From Planctomycetota bacterium (lineage in GTDB: Bacteria > Planctomycetota > GCA-002687715 > DRQF01), in the NCBI GenBank assembly GCA_036479435.1, contig JAZGFI010000145.1, positions 1 to 61,246 on the forward strand: DNA of 61,246 nt, read 5' to 3'. This document shows, one piece after another, positions 28,481 to 38,445 of this stretch (the stretch's first letter is position 1; each line of letters begins with the position of its first letter). The position numbers were made by a program, and so were the translations under genes. The notes below the pieces were generated by a model. That model did no database searches, had not been told where the DNA came from, and saw nothing but the letters and a program-made list of their open reading frames with translations.

Positions 28481-30019
28481 ATGGATCGTTACACCCAAGA
28501 GACCTGTCGCTGGTTGGAACTTCGATTCCATCCCGAAATGTTTGCCTACTACGGGCGCGAATACGACCCCTATCAGCCTCTACACGGGGTTGCCGACGGC
28601 GATTGGGGGCCCGCGTCATTCTTGATGGCCTCGCGACTCGCGCGTCTGTTGGCGCAACTGAGAGCCATGAGGCCGTCGAGTTTTTTGGATGTTGGGGGGG
28701 CTGAAGGTTGGGTGGCTCGGATGGTGGGCGAAGAGATTGGCATTCCCAGCGCCTCGGTCGATCTTTCCCATCAAGCGGCGATTCGGGCCCGGGAATTTTC
28801 TCAGGTGCCGGCGGCGGCCGTTGATTCGGCGCGCTTACCCTTCAAAGACGACTCCTTTGACGTCGTGTTTCTCAGCGAGGTCTTAGAGCACCTCGCGAAT
28901 CCGGTGCGCTCATTGTTGGAGTTGCGACGGGTTGCCAAGCGCGCGATCATTGTCACGACTGAGGCCTTCGCGCCGACTGAAGCGGCACGACGAGCGGAAC
29001 TCGATGAACGCGAACTCGAGGCGCACATGGACCGAAGCATCTTCTGTCCTTCGGATTTTGACCTCGTGTTCAAGGGCTACGGCCTGTCCATTGGCAATCA
29101 GTGCAGTGATTTACCGGCGCCTTATCCTCAAACCAATGAAGAAGCCCGCCTCGCCTTGCACCAAGGACTTAGTCATGACGCCTTGGATTGGCCCGCCCAC
29201 GGGATCGTCGTGGTTGCCGACCTCGCCGGACCGCCGCCGGACGCGCGCCCGTTTCTCGCCGAGTCGGTTGACATTGTCGCCAAGTGGTACGCCCCCCTTC
29301 GATGTGAGCCGAAATCGCCTCCATCAAATGATGTGCCCAAGTTCTTGATGGAGCGGCTTCGCTGCCCGGTCACGGGGTCGAGCGACTTTGCCGTTCAAGG
29401 CGATCACCTCGTTGTAGGCGAGCAACGATACCTCGTGGCACAGGGAGCTCCGCGCCTGACGACATCGCCAGGCGAACCCTCTGCGCACACTTTGGAACAG
29501 TGCATCGCTCAGGCGTTTCCGGATGACGCCTCGCAATTGGCTGCTCTTACTGAACTTGCCGAGAAATTGCATTTTGAGTTGCCGAGCCCCGACTTGTCAT
29601 TGGAGTTCTTGAAGGGCTCGATTGAAGGTTGGGATACCACTGAATCTTGCCAAGCGAAGGTCGTTGACGGCGAAGTCGAAGTCGTGGCGCCGGGTGAGGA
29701 CCCGAAACTCATTTCGCCACGCGTCCTGCACAAGATGGCCGATGTCGCCGGATTTGTGATCGAGATCGCGGCTCTTGATTCAGAGCGTGAAGTCGAAGAG
29801 TGTCAACTGTATTGGTACACGCTCGAAAAGCCGGTGTGGTGGGAGTTCGCGTCGGCGGTTCATTCTTATCCCGCCGACGGAAAAACTCATCGCCTTGAGT
29901 TCGAGGTTCCCGACGGATTTGAGACGATTGCGGGTGATGAACTCCTGCAACTGCGGATTGACCCTTTGGTCGGAAAAGGCTGCGCGCGTATCCAGGGCTT
30001 TGAAATCATCCTGAAGTGA
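28481..30019 (+). CDS. Class I SAM-dependent methyltransferase with Trm112-like and C-terminal beta-sandwich domains
   Basis: FLDVGGAEG, D..RLPFKDDSFDVV..SEVLEHL, LRCPVTG...Y.V..G.P.L, QLYW...DGK.H...LRIDP. Confidence 0.8.
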   Translation: MDRYTQETCRWLELRFHPEMFAYYGREYDPYQPLHGVADGDWGPASFLMASRLARLLAQLRAMRPSSFLDVGGAEGWVARMVGEEIGIPSASVDLSHQAAIRAREFSQVPAAAVDSARLPFKDDSFDVVFLSEVLEHLANPVRSLLELRRVAKRAIIVTTEAFAPTEAARRAELDERELEAHMDRSIFCPSDFDLVFKGYGLSIGNQCSDLPAPYPQTNEEARLALHQGLSHDALDWPAHGIVVVADLAGPPPDARPFLAESVDIVAKWYAPLRCEPKSPPSNDVPKFLMERLRCPVTGSSDFAVQGDHLVVGEQRYLVAQGAPRLTTSPGEPSAHTLEQCIAQAFPDDASQLAALTELAEKLHFELPSPDLSLEFLKGSIEGWDTTESCQAKVVDGEVEVVAPGEDPKLISPRVLHKMADVAGFVIEIAALDSEREVEECQLYWYTLEKPVWWEFASAVHSYPADGKTHRLEFEVPDGFETIAGDELLQLRIDPLVGKGCARIQGFEIILK

Positions 30020-30039
30020 GCACAGCTCGATATAGGGCC

Positions 30040-31062
30040 TTAGGGCCTAATCGCACCTTGGTAATTCACGCGCAAGACCGGTTGGTCCTTATCATTCGTG
30101 TAGATGATGATGCGCCCACTTGCGTGCGTGGACTTCCCTTCGGCTTTGAAAGTGATGTAGAGCCGATAGCGCCGGCCCTTTTCGAGTTCTTCCAGCTCCA
30201 ACTTCACACGCGGGTCGCTGCACTGAGCCCGGCTGACGATGAGGTCTTTGTTGCGAAGCTTGACGATGTCGAGTTCCCGCTGAACTTCGTTGCCGCGTGA
30301 AACGCCACCGAAACTGATGCGCCGCGGTGTCACGCGGATGGCTCCCATCACATCAGCGTGGAGCGCAACCGTGGCGAAGGACTTGATGTCATTTTTGACC
30401 GTCACCGAGATCGAAGCGCGAAAGGGCCCGGGCCGGATAGTGGGGTCTAGAGTCACCGCGATATCGTAGCCGTGGGCTTCCTCAGTCTTGCCGAAGGGAG
30501 TTGCCGTGACTTTGGCGAGGGCGTGCGAACTCTTGATCTTTTCAATTTTGAGTTTGAGGCCGGGGCGGATGTGCAAACGGAATTTCTTGGTGATAGAAGT
30601 TCCGGCGTTGACTCGCCCAAAATTGATGTTGCTGGGTTCGAGCCACCAGATTGGAATCGACTTTCCGCGAATGGGAATCAAACAGCGCGTGAACCCGTAG
30701 GAATTCGAATCGATGATGACATGCTTGGAGATCTTGCCGACGACCTGCGAGAGGTCGAGATTCACCTCGAGCTTGCGTTCCTCGCCGGGCTTGATGGTCG
30801 TGGGCGCCATCTCGAGTTTGAGGCAGCCGCAGGTGACGCCGACGCGACGAATCTCGAGCGCTTTTTTGCCCGTGTTCTTGAGCACAAAAGTCTTTTTGGC
30901 CCGGGTGCCCTGGTCGCGGTCGCCGAAATCCCAATGATCTTCGGAGAGTTCAAGCCGTGGCCAGTCTCCCTGCTCTTGGCCGTGTGCATCGCCGCCATAG
31001 CCGAGCCCAAAAAAGACGAGGGTTAGTGCCAGCGTCGTGAGGCGGCAATGATATCTGAGCAT
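30040..31062 (-). CDS. Secreted DUF1573 domain protein with further Ig-like repeats
   Basis: Signal peptide, WDFG...F.LKNTG...L.I..V..TCGC....I.PGE, and repeated P..I.FG.V units. Confidence 0.85.
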   Translation of the reverse strand: MLRYHCRLTTLALTLVFFGLGYGGDAHGQEQGDWPRLELSEDHWDFGDRDQGTRAKKTFVLKNTGKKALEIRRVGVTCGCLKLEMAPTTIKPGEERKLEVNLDLSQVVGKISKHVIIDSNSYGFTRCLIPIRGKSIPIWWLEPSNINFGRVNAGTSITKKFRLHIRPGLKLKIEKIKSSHALAKVTATPFGKTEEAHGYDIAVTLDPTIRPGPFRASISVTVKNDIKSFATVALHADVMGAIRVTPRRISFGGVSRGNEVQRELDIVKLRNKDLIVSRAQCSDPRVKLELEELEKGRRYRLYITFKAEGKSTHASGRIIIYTNDKDQPVLRVNYQGAIRP

Positions 31063-31159
31063 GGCGGATACGAACTCCGAGAAACGGCGGCTTGCTGCAG
31101 ATCCGTTCGACAGCAAAAAATCATAGCATCCGGACCGCGGCTTCTCATGGACTCAAGCC

Positions 31160-31663
31160 TTAGGCATGTTCCTCTGGCGGATCGAAGAGTCTTTTGACGA
31201 CCTTCAGCACGAACATGGATTCGGTACGTTCCACCGCGTGCAAACGCAGCAGTTTCTCGCTCAAAAACTTCTCAAGGCTGGCCACATCGCGTGCGGCGAC
31301 GTGGGCGACGTAGTCGCAGGAACCCATGACTTGAAAGCAGGACAAGACTTCGTCGAAGCGATTGATGGCCTCGACAAACTCGTCTTTGTGGTCATGGGAC
31401 TGTCGCACGAGCCGAATCGTCACCAGGGCCGTGACGTTGCGATCGAGCGCCGTGGCGTCGATTCGGGTGCTGTAGCCCAAGATAACGTGGTTTTTCTCCA
31501 GTCGCCGAACCCGTTCGAGCGTCGCGGATTCACTGAGGCCGACCAGTTTTGCCAGGGCGGCGTTGGAGATACGGGCGTTGTAGAGCATCGCAGAGATGAT
31601 CTTGTGATCGACATCATCCAGGCGATGCGGGATATCGCCTGGGTCGCTTCGGGTCTTACGCAT
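31160..31663 (-). CDS. Lrp/AsnC family transcriptional regulator
   Basis: LDDVDHKII..M..NARISNA.LA..VGLSES..LERVRRLE HTH, and a RAM domain (EV..C..VMG..DY). Confidence 0.92.
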   Translation of the reverse strand: MRKTRSDPGDIPHRLDDVDHKIISAMLYNARISNAALAKLVGLSESATLERVRRLEKNHVILGYSTRIDATALDRNVTALVTIRLVRQSHDHKDEFVEAINRFDEVLSCFQVMGSCDYVAHVAARDVASLEKFLSEKLLRLHAVERTESMFVLKVVKRLFDPPEEHA

Positions 31664-31945
31664 GGTTCTCCTCGACGGGCCGAAGATCGGATAGTCACAT
31701 CGTCTCAACGACCACGGAGCTGCCATACGTCACACAATTGCGGGAAAAAAGTTGGCGCCATAGTGCGATTTCGCGCCATTGTCTCAGGAAGTGGCCTCGC
31801 GGCTGTCTCATCCTGCGGTCCACGGGGTTGCCAACAGTATCATGAGGCGACTTAAGCGGCAGTTTAGGCGGGCAGGGACCAAGCCAGCAGAGGGCCAAGG
31901 ACCATCTCGTTTTCGAAGAGCCGGGCACCCTTCGCCGGAGAGATG

Positions 31946-32386
31946 CTACTTCCCGCGGTTGCGGCCGTACTTGCGGGTTCGGCGAGGCTTGCCGGTGGCT
32001 TTGGCACCTGGTGGTTTTTCCAGCGCGGCCGCGAAGGACTTGAGGCCGTCCAGGACGGCTGCCTTAGCCTTAGGGTTGGGACCTGCGAACTCAAAGCCGC
32101 TCTTGCGAGCTTCGTCCATCTTGCCGTTGAGGGCCTTGCAGGCCACCGGTAGTCGCTTGAACCAAGCATCCATATTCGCAACCCGCTTTTCGACGGCGGC
32201 AAGGGCTTCGCGGGAACTGGCGAGCTCCCGCTCGAGATCGGCGACGCGCTTTGCGAGTTCTTGGTCCTGTGGAACCAGGCCTTCTTGTTCGGCCACGCTC
32301 AGGCTCGGAGACCCGGTGGCCAAACTTGTCGCGAGGCCGAAAATGAGCAGCGCGCAGCCCAGGTAGGTCAAAAGTTTTGCGGTCAT
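31946..32386 (-). CDS. Hypothetical secreted coiled-coil protein
   Basis: Signal peptide, heptad coiled coil (LAKRVADLERELASSREALAAVE), basic tail. Confidence 0.6.
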   Translation of the reverse strand: MTAKLLTYLGCALLIFGLATSLATGSPSLSVAEQEGLVPQDQELAKRVADLERELASSREALAAVEKRVANMDAWFKRLPVACKALNGKMDEARKSGFEFAGPNPKAKAAVLDGLKSFAAALEKPPGAKATGKPRRTRKYGRNRGK

Positions 32387-32594
32387 GGCGTCGACTTCCC
32401 GTTGTGGTCCTCATGGAGCGTCGCGAGAGGGCGACTCCTACTCCGTCATCGACCCCCGGGGCCCGGAATCTTGTGGGAGAAATCCCAGCGGCCGAGAATC
32501 GCCTATCTCTATGGAGATACGAAAGATAACGCAGCGAGGCTGCCGCTTTGGTGTCGACAAGGCCCGGAAGGCTCACGGCAGAAAGCGAAAGGTC

Positions 32595-33011
32595 TTAGAA
32601 GCCGGTCGCCCGGCGCTGTTGGAGGCGCATCGCGGCCTGGCGCTCTTTGACGCGCATGGCCGAGGGCATCGGCAGACCGCGCTGCGAGCGGCGGCGAGCG
32701 AGGCGCTCCTCGTAGGTGAGGGCGGGCTGAGTGTTGTAGGGATTAACCTGACCGTTCTCATCGAGGCCCAAAAAGGACTCTGCGATCTCGAAGGGCGCCA
32801 CGATGATACCGGTGGCCACGTTTACCGCCGAATCTGCGACTGCATTTGCCGTGGCATCGGTGGCATCAATGACGTCGCCAGTGGCGCTGAAAACCTCGCC
32901 AGCGACGGGAACCGTCCCCGCGGAGAGGGTGGCGTTGGTGTCAATCCCGTCACGCGTGGCACAGGCAGATAGCGCCAGGGCCAAGGACAGGACCAAAAAG
33001 CTCGTCTTCAT
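32595..33011 (-). CDS. Hypothetical small lipoprotein
   Basis: MKTSFLVLSLALALSAC lipobox, acidic middle region, Arg-rich C-terminus. Confidence 0.6.
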   Translation of the reverse strand: MKTSFLVLSLALALSACATRDGIDTNATLSAGTVPVAGEVFSATGDVIDATDATANAVADSAVNVATGIIVAPFEIAESFLGLDENGQVNPYNTQPALTYEERLARRRSQRGLPMPSAMRVKERQAAMRLQQRRATGF

Positions 33012-33112
33012 TTTTCCGAAACTCAGCATGGTGGGCAGTTTACCCCTGAGATCGCCAGGCATCAAGCATCGAGGAAATGCTTCGTTTCACGTCAGCTTCG
33101 CTTTACGACCCA

Positions 33113-34147
33113 CTAAAGGCCCACATACCGCTGGTAGAGGCTGCGGGCTTCTCCGGGATCGTCGGTGCCGCGAACGAGGCCCCGGCCGTCTTGGAACACC
33201 GTGATGTGGTGATCGCCGACTTTGAGGGTCAGGGAAAAGCTATTGGACTGTAGCTCGCCAACCTTGGAAAGCCGGGCTTCGTACTCGGCAAGGTCGAGTT
33301 GCTGGCGTTCGCCCGGGATGATTTGAACGGAATTGCGGCCACAGAGTGAGACCGTCTTGGTGGGGCGCCGGTCGTGGAGGTAGCGCAGGTCTTTTTCAGC
33401 GCAGGAGCGGCAGTCTTTGCGAGGTCGAGGGTTATTTTTTCCGATTTCAACCAAGCGAAAGGGCCACAGCTCGAAGGAAAGCAGCGAATTGCGAAGCGAC
33501 TCCAGATCTCCGACGAGATATTTTAGCGCTTCGGTCACCTGCAACGACGCCGTTATCTGGGCCGCGGGGGCGATGATGCCGGCGGTGTCGCAACTCTCTT
33601 GGGTTCCCGGTTCTGGAGGCTCAGGAAAAAGACAGGCGAGGCAAGGCGTCACGCCGGGGCGGATCGTGGCGGTCATGCCACCGGAGGCAAGACAGGCTCC
33701 ATAGATCCACGGTACATCCATCTCAATGGCGAGGTCATTGATCAGGTAGCGAGTTTCAAAACCATCGCTGCCGTCGAGTAGTAAAGAGCAGCCAGCGAAG
33801 AGTTCTTCGGCGTTGGTCGCATTGAAGTCCTTGGCGTGAGCTTCGACCACGACTTTTGCGTTGATGGCCTCAAGTGCTTTGGCGGCGGCAACCGCTTTCG
33901 GCATTCGGAGCGCTGCGTCTTGTTCGCGGTAGAGGCCTTGGCGGTGCAAATTTGACGATTCAACGACGTCGCGGTCGATGGCAACCAAGTGGCCGATGCC
34001 CGCACGAACCAAAATCTCGGCGATCGTGGCCCCGAGAGCTCCCAGACCAACTAGACCAACTTTGGCGGCCGCGAGTTGCTCTTGCCCTTTGCTTCCGATC
34101 GCCGGAAATAGGATCTGCCGCGAATATCGAGTCAGCGAGTCTGACAT
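33113..34147 (-). CDS. ThiF/MoeB family adenylyltransferase
   Basis: RYSRQI, GLGALG, DRDVVE.SNLHRQ, CLAC and CRSC zinc motifs, ESCDTAG, C-terminal LCGRNSVQI domain. Confidence 0.9.
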   Translation of the reverse strand: MSDSLTRYSRQILFPAIGSKGQEQLAAAKVGLVGLGALGATIAEILVRAGIGHLVAIDRDVVESSNLHRQGLYREQDAALRMPKAVAAAKALEAINAKVVVEAHAKDFNATNAEELFAGCSLLLDGSDGFETRYLINDLAIEMDVPWIYGACLASGGMTATIRPGVTPCLACLFPEPPEPGTQESCDTAGIIAPAAQITASLQVTEALKYLVGDLESLRNSLLSFELWPFRLVEIGKNNPRPRKDCRSCAEKDLRYLHDRRPTKTVSLCGRNSVQIIPGERQQLDLAEYEARLSKVGELQSNSFSLTLKVGDHHITVFQDGRGLVRGTDDPGEARSLYQRYVGL

Positions 34148-34269
34148 GGTTGGATCACCCAAGGCCGTAATTCCATGCATTAGTTTTAGCACCTTCGGCC
34201 AGCGCTGGCGAGGGCTTGGGCGAGGCAGTAGAGTGAGTTTCCGAGCCCAGGTACCAGGATCACACATCC

Positions 34270-35304
34270 ATGCCCTCGACAGACGCCCCCAACGGGCCCT
34301 TCAAACCCTTCGCGCTGTTGGCATTCCCGATGTCGTTACCGGGTATTGCCTTTGGGACTCTCGCCACCTTGTTGTTTTATTTGGGCAACGCTGGCTTGGC
34401 CCTTTGCTTTGACTCCGTTGGGAGCGGAGCCGAGGCCGCTTCAATTTTTTTCCTGAATCTGAAATCCTGTCTACTCGGCTTTCATTTGCAGGTCGCCGTC
34501 GGCGGAAGAACTCTGTTCATCTTGCAGTCGATTTGGCTGTTAGCTCTTTGGGGAGTTTTTGGCCCCGCGATTTCGCGCATCCTGGCCCTTCGGCTTAGTC
34601 GCGAGGAGTACCTTGGCTATCGCGCCGCTTTGAAGTTCGGATTTCAACTGGCTCCGAGCGCGTGGCTTTACCCTCTCGTGTTGCTGGGCGTGTTAGCGAT
34701 CCCTGCAATCTTCAATCTTTGTCTCGGCGCCGCCATGCAGATCCCCTACGTGGGGCTTGCCTTTTACCTTCTCTTGCCTCTCGCCTGGGGGGCTAGCATT
34801 TTCGCCGTGGCCTTGATGCTCTCCGCGATTTTCGGTTTTGGGCTGGTCCCGGGGGCCTTGGCCGTTGAGAAAAAGGGGACGCTTGACGCCTGGGGCAAAA
34901 GCCTCAACTACCTGTTTGCACGCCCCCTTCACGTCTTGCTTTACCTCGTGCTGCTCAAGGTCTTCCTCATCGACATTCTGCTGCACTATGTTTTTGAAGT
35001 CCGCATCTTTCGGCGTTGGACCGAACAGACCCTAAAACTTGCAATCTCCAGTGAATCCTTCGATCGCATCACGGCACCAGTAAGCCGAGATTCGGATTCT
35101 TTTGAGAAAGTGGCTCGCTTCGTTTTCGACAGCGTCACCTGTTGCTTCGATTTGCTCAGCGCTGGCTTTGTGGTGTGCTGTTTCTTTGCCGGTTTTGTGG
35201 GGATGTTTCTGATCTTTCGCCGGGACGTCGACGGAATCGACATCAGTGACATCGACATCGAAGATCCCGATCCCGAGTTCCCAGCCAAACCGGTCGAACG
35301 ATAA
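34270..35304 (+). CDS. Hypothetical polytopic membrane protein
   Basis: 344-aa ORF with about 6 hydrophobic helices and an acidic C-tail. Confidence 0.7.
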   Translation: MPSTDAPNGPFKPFALLAFPMSLPGIAFGTLATLLFYLGNAGLALCFDSVGSGAEAASIFFLNLKSCLLGFHLQVAVGGRTLFILQSIWLLALWGVFGPAISRILALRLSREEYLGYRAALKFGFQLAPSAWLYPLVLLGVLAIPAIFNLCLGAAMQIPYVGLAFYLLLPLAWGASIFAVALMLSAIFGFGLVPGALAVEKKGTLDAWGKSLNYLFARPLHVLLYLVLLKVFLIDILLHYVFEVRIFRRWTEQTLKLAISSESFDRITAPVSRDSDSFEKVARFVFDSVTCCFDLLSAGFVVCCFFAGFVGMFLIFRRDVDGIDISDIDIEDPDPEFPAKPVER

Positions 35305-35328
35305 GTCTCGGCAAGACGGCAAGACGGC

Positions 35329-35369
35329 AAAAAAAAGGAGCCGACTCGATCTACCGAGTCGGCTCCTTT
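35329..35369 (-). terminator. Rho-independent terminator (possibly bidirectional)
   Basis: aaaggagccgactcg-atctac-cgagtcggctccttt perfect stem with an A8 run on the left (U-tail for the minus-strand gene ending at 35387). Confidence 0.88.
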
Positions 35370-35386
35370 GATTATAGCCCGCGTTT

Positions 35387-38014
35387 CTACCTGCTGTAGT
35401 TAACGGTGACGTCCGAAACCGAGGGCAGGGGATCGCCGATCGCAGTGACGGGCGGCGGGGGGAAGTTCGTGTTGATCTCGAGCCTAAAGAAGCGGTAGCC
35501 GTTCAGTTGCGAGATATTCGCCAAGGGCACGGCCGCAGACATCAGCGGAACGCCTCCCCCGGTCGTCATCGTCGTGGCAGCAGTGCCCGGGACATCCGGG
35601 TTTTCGGCGAGCCCTCGGACGAAGACCTCGGCCGTACCGGTTAGCCCATTGTCGAAGATCGCCGACGCCGAGGTGTAGTTCGTAGAGATGGAGCCGGTGT
35701 CAATCGGGTCGGAGATAGCGAGACCTGAGACGCTGCCTTGAAACTGGAAGGCGCGCGGCAAGATCTCACCACTGATGATGAGGGAGAGAGCTGAGGTCAG
35801 CAATGCGGAAGCGTTGCTGTCTTCGAGTTGGATGACGCCATCGCCACCCATGCCTCCCGTACCCGCTACACCGCCACCTGATCCGCCGTTACCCCCTCGG
35901 GTCTGCAAGATGTTGGTCATGCCGAAGTTGATGACGTCGAAGGTCTGCATGAGGATGGAGCCGCCCGACCCCCCGCCACCGTTGCCAGTGCCGGGAATGA
36001 CTGCGGCGCCGCCGCCGCCGCCCCGGCAGTTGATCTGAGTTAGAGAGCCCAAGGTGATGGTGCCGCCAGCGGAAATACGGATACCTCCGCCGCCACCACC
36101 GCCCGCACCACCGGGCCGGTCAAAAGCAACGCCAGTGATTACAAAGGCGTCGCCGCCACCACCACCGCCGCTACCGGCAATTCCGAAGGCGATAGGGGTT
36201 ACCGCGGCCGCGGGGTTGGGGCCAACCAAGCCACCAGCAGGTCCCGTACTCGTCGGAGAAAAAGCCAAGCCAGCGGAACTAGCCGCAAAGGTCCAAGTCG
36301 CTGGCGGCACGGGCGTGATGACCATGAAGTTGCCGTCGAAACTAGATGTGGTGGCACCGCCACCACCAGAGGCGTTGGCGATAGGCGCCGTACCGCGTCC
36401 CCCCGGACCACCGGCACCGAAGAGCGGGCTGGTGGCAATGCTGTTGACGCTGTTGCCCGCGACGGTGGAATCGAAGGGGTCGATGTTGGCCCCGCCACCC
36501 GCGGTTCCTGTCAACGAGATCGTGCCGTCGGTATTGGGCGAACCGTCGCCGCCGCGGCCAGCGCCCGGTCCTCCGTAGCCACCGCGCGTGAGCATGGTGG
36601 GAGCGTCGCCCAGGGCTCCGGCCGGTGCGCCATCGCGTCCGTCGCAGCCGAGGACGGTGCCGCCTCCGATGTCGATCGTGCCGGTGGCGCGAATGCGAAC
36701 CGAGAAGTTACTTTCTCCCGGCGGCTCATCGCTGGTGCTGGTAAACGTAACCGTGAACCCCGGCGTCGCACTGGGGTTGATCGAAAGGTCGGTGAAGTTG
36801 AAAGCACCGTCGCTAACTTGCATGCCGTTGATCATGAAGTCTTCGGTGTCGATGATCATTGGCGTCGAGATCAGCCCTGAGCCCAAGACACCCGTGCCGA
36901 CGACGTCGATCGGGAAAGTCGCTTCGACCGTGCCGGTGCCCGCCCAAGAAATGGCTGAACCCTGCGGGATCTCTCCGAGGTTATCGGTGGTGCTGAAGTC
37001 TTCGTTGAAGGTGAACATCTGATCGTCAAGTTGATCAATGACCGTGAACTGAAGTTCGCCGGGCATGGTCGAAAAGATGTTTTGGCCAAGGTCACTGACG
37101 TTGAATAGGCGAAGTTCGTAGACGTCGCCATCGGCCAACTCAGAGGTCGTGGTCAAGGTCAGCCGAGCCACCGAAACGCCGGGGATCGTGCCGAGCTGAT
37201 CAAACTGAACCGCAGCAATGGCCACCGGGATCTCAACGCCCGGGTTTGCCGAAACGTTGAGGATCTGCACGCCGCCGGGGTTGATGGCCTCATTAAAGGC
37301 TGATCCGAGCACCGGTTCGTTGAAGTCGATGATGATGCGCGAAGAACCGGGAACTCCGGCAATGACGGTGGGATCAATCATGGGTGCGGTCGCGTCGAGC
37401 GTCGGTGGGGTGTTGGGGATGGCGATCGGAGGACCCGGTACCGGGTCGACCAGCAGGGGGTTAGCGGGGTCGCAATCGACCACCACAAACTGCGTGCTGA
37501 CGGCCTGTGAGATAGGTTGCCCGCCGATCATGACCACATCGGTGTTGCCGCCCTGCGAGTCCGCGACAAAGATCGCGTAGGTTGCGTTGGGAGCTAACCC
37601 CGCGGAGCAGGGACTTTCGACGTCCAGCGGCGGGAAGGCCGCGAACACGGCGATCTCGTTATTGGCACCTTCGATGGACCAAGTCCCTTGCGCGGGAGCG
37701 GCCGTCGCTACGTCGGCGATGCGAATGCTTCCTACCGCCGGGCCGTCCGCCGGCAAAGACGCGGCCGAGACCGGACCGGCGAAGAAAAAGCGCACGGCCG
37801 AGTTCGGAAAGGCACCGATTGGCGCTACGGGTTGGGTCGACTGACCATTCTGAAAGAGATCGGGGCCGATGCCCGAGACGGTGATGCGGGCGATGACGGC
37901 ATCACCGGCGCCGCCTCCACCACCACCGCCACCACCGCCGCACGCGGCAGCCAGGGTCGCGACGGCGACCAAAAGGCAGCAAAACAAAAGTCGGTTCGGG
38001 GCAGTAAATCTCAT
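35387..38014 (-). CDS. Glycine-rich surface lipoprotein with Ig-like domains (paralogue A, 875 aa)
   Basis: Lipobox AAAC followed by G10, Ig-like segments (IIIDFNEPV, LADGDVYEL...V.DLG.N), Gly-rich GGGGGGG.I.I repeats. AGGAG RBS at 38026-38030. Confidence 0.82.
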   Translation of the reverse strand: MRFTAPNRLLFCCLLVAVATLAAACGGGGGGGGGGAGDAVIARITVSGIGPDLFQNGQSTQPVAPIGAFPNSAVRFFFAGPVSAASLPADGPAVGSIRIADVATAAPAQGTWSIEGANNEIAVFAAFPPLDVESPCSAGLAPNATYAIFVADSQGGNTDVVMIGGQPISQAVSTQFVVVDCDPANPLLVDPVPGPPIAIPNTPPTLDATAPMIDPTVIAGVPGSSRIIIDFNEPVLGSAFNEAINPGGVQILNVSANPGVEIPVAIAAVQFDQLGTIPGVSVARLTLTTTSELADGDVYELRLFNVSDLGQNIFSTMPGELQFTVIDQLDDQMFTFNEDFSTTDNLGEIPQGSAISWAGTGTVEATFPIDVVGTGVLGSGLISTPMIIDTEDFMINGMQVSDGAFNFTDLSINPSATPGFTVTFTSTSDEPPGESNFSVRIRATGTIDIGGGTVLGCDGRDGAPAGALGDAPTMLTRGGYGGPGAGRGGDGSPNTDGTISLTGTAGGGANIDPFDSTVAGNSVNSIATSPLFGAGGPGGRGTAPIANASGGGGATTSSFDGNFMVITPVPPATWTFAASSAGLAFSPTSTGPAGGLVGPNPAAAVTPIAFGIAGSGGGGGGDAFVITGVAFDRPGGAGGGGGGGIRISAGGTITLGSLTQINCRGGGGGAAVIPGTGNGGGGSGGSILMQTFDVINFGMTNILQTRGGNGGSGGGVAGTGGMGGDGVIQLEDSNASALLTSALSLIISGEILPRAFQFQGSVSGLAISDPIDTGSISTNYTSASAIFDNGLTGTAEVFVRGLAENPDVPGTAATTMTTGGGVPLMSAAVPLANISQLNGYRFFRLEINTNFPPPPVTAIGDPLPSVSDVTVNYSR

Positions 38015-38148
38015 CAGCGAAACAACTCCTAAAGGTTGTGGTCCTTCGCTCCTGCGAAGGACCCATGTTCTTTCCTCGCGAAGACTCGCAACGCGAAGGC
38101 GTGGTTTCAGGGGCGGGCAAGCCCCAAGACCAGTGTAAATGCAAGCGA

Positions 38149-38164
38149 CGCAAGTCGGGTGCCA
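38149..38164 (-). promoter_or_regulatory. Sigma54 (-24/-12) promoter for paralogue A
   Basis: Minus strand reads TGGCACCCGACTTGCG, an exact GG-N10-GC spacing matching TGGCAC-N5-TTGC, about 135 bp upstream of the start codon. Confidence 0.72.
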
Positions 38165-38407
38165 ATAAGTCCGCTCGAGCTGAGAGCGATCTAAAGGCCG
38201 AGCGAGCTATGAGCTTAGCGAAAAACGGGCGGGTCTTCGCCCCGGACTTTTTGCGCGCCCGAGCGAATGCGCTCATAGACCCACACCCGCCGGAAACAGG
38301 ATCTATCCCGCGTTCACCTCTTGAACTCAACGTCTCTTTTTCGATCGCCGGGATCTTAATGGATGGCCCCCGACCCCGCAACCACCTTAAAGATGAGATC
38401 GTCGCCG

Positions 38408-38420
38408 TAACATGTTGATT
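38408..38420 (-). promoter_or_regulatory. IHF-like site
   Basis: Minus strand AATCAACATGTTA is a perfect WATCAANNNNTTR match in an AT-rich patch. Confidence 0.4.
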
Positions 38421-38445
38421 TAAAACAGGTTGTGATCGCATCGAT

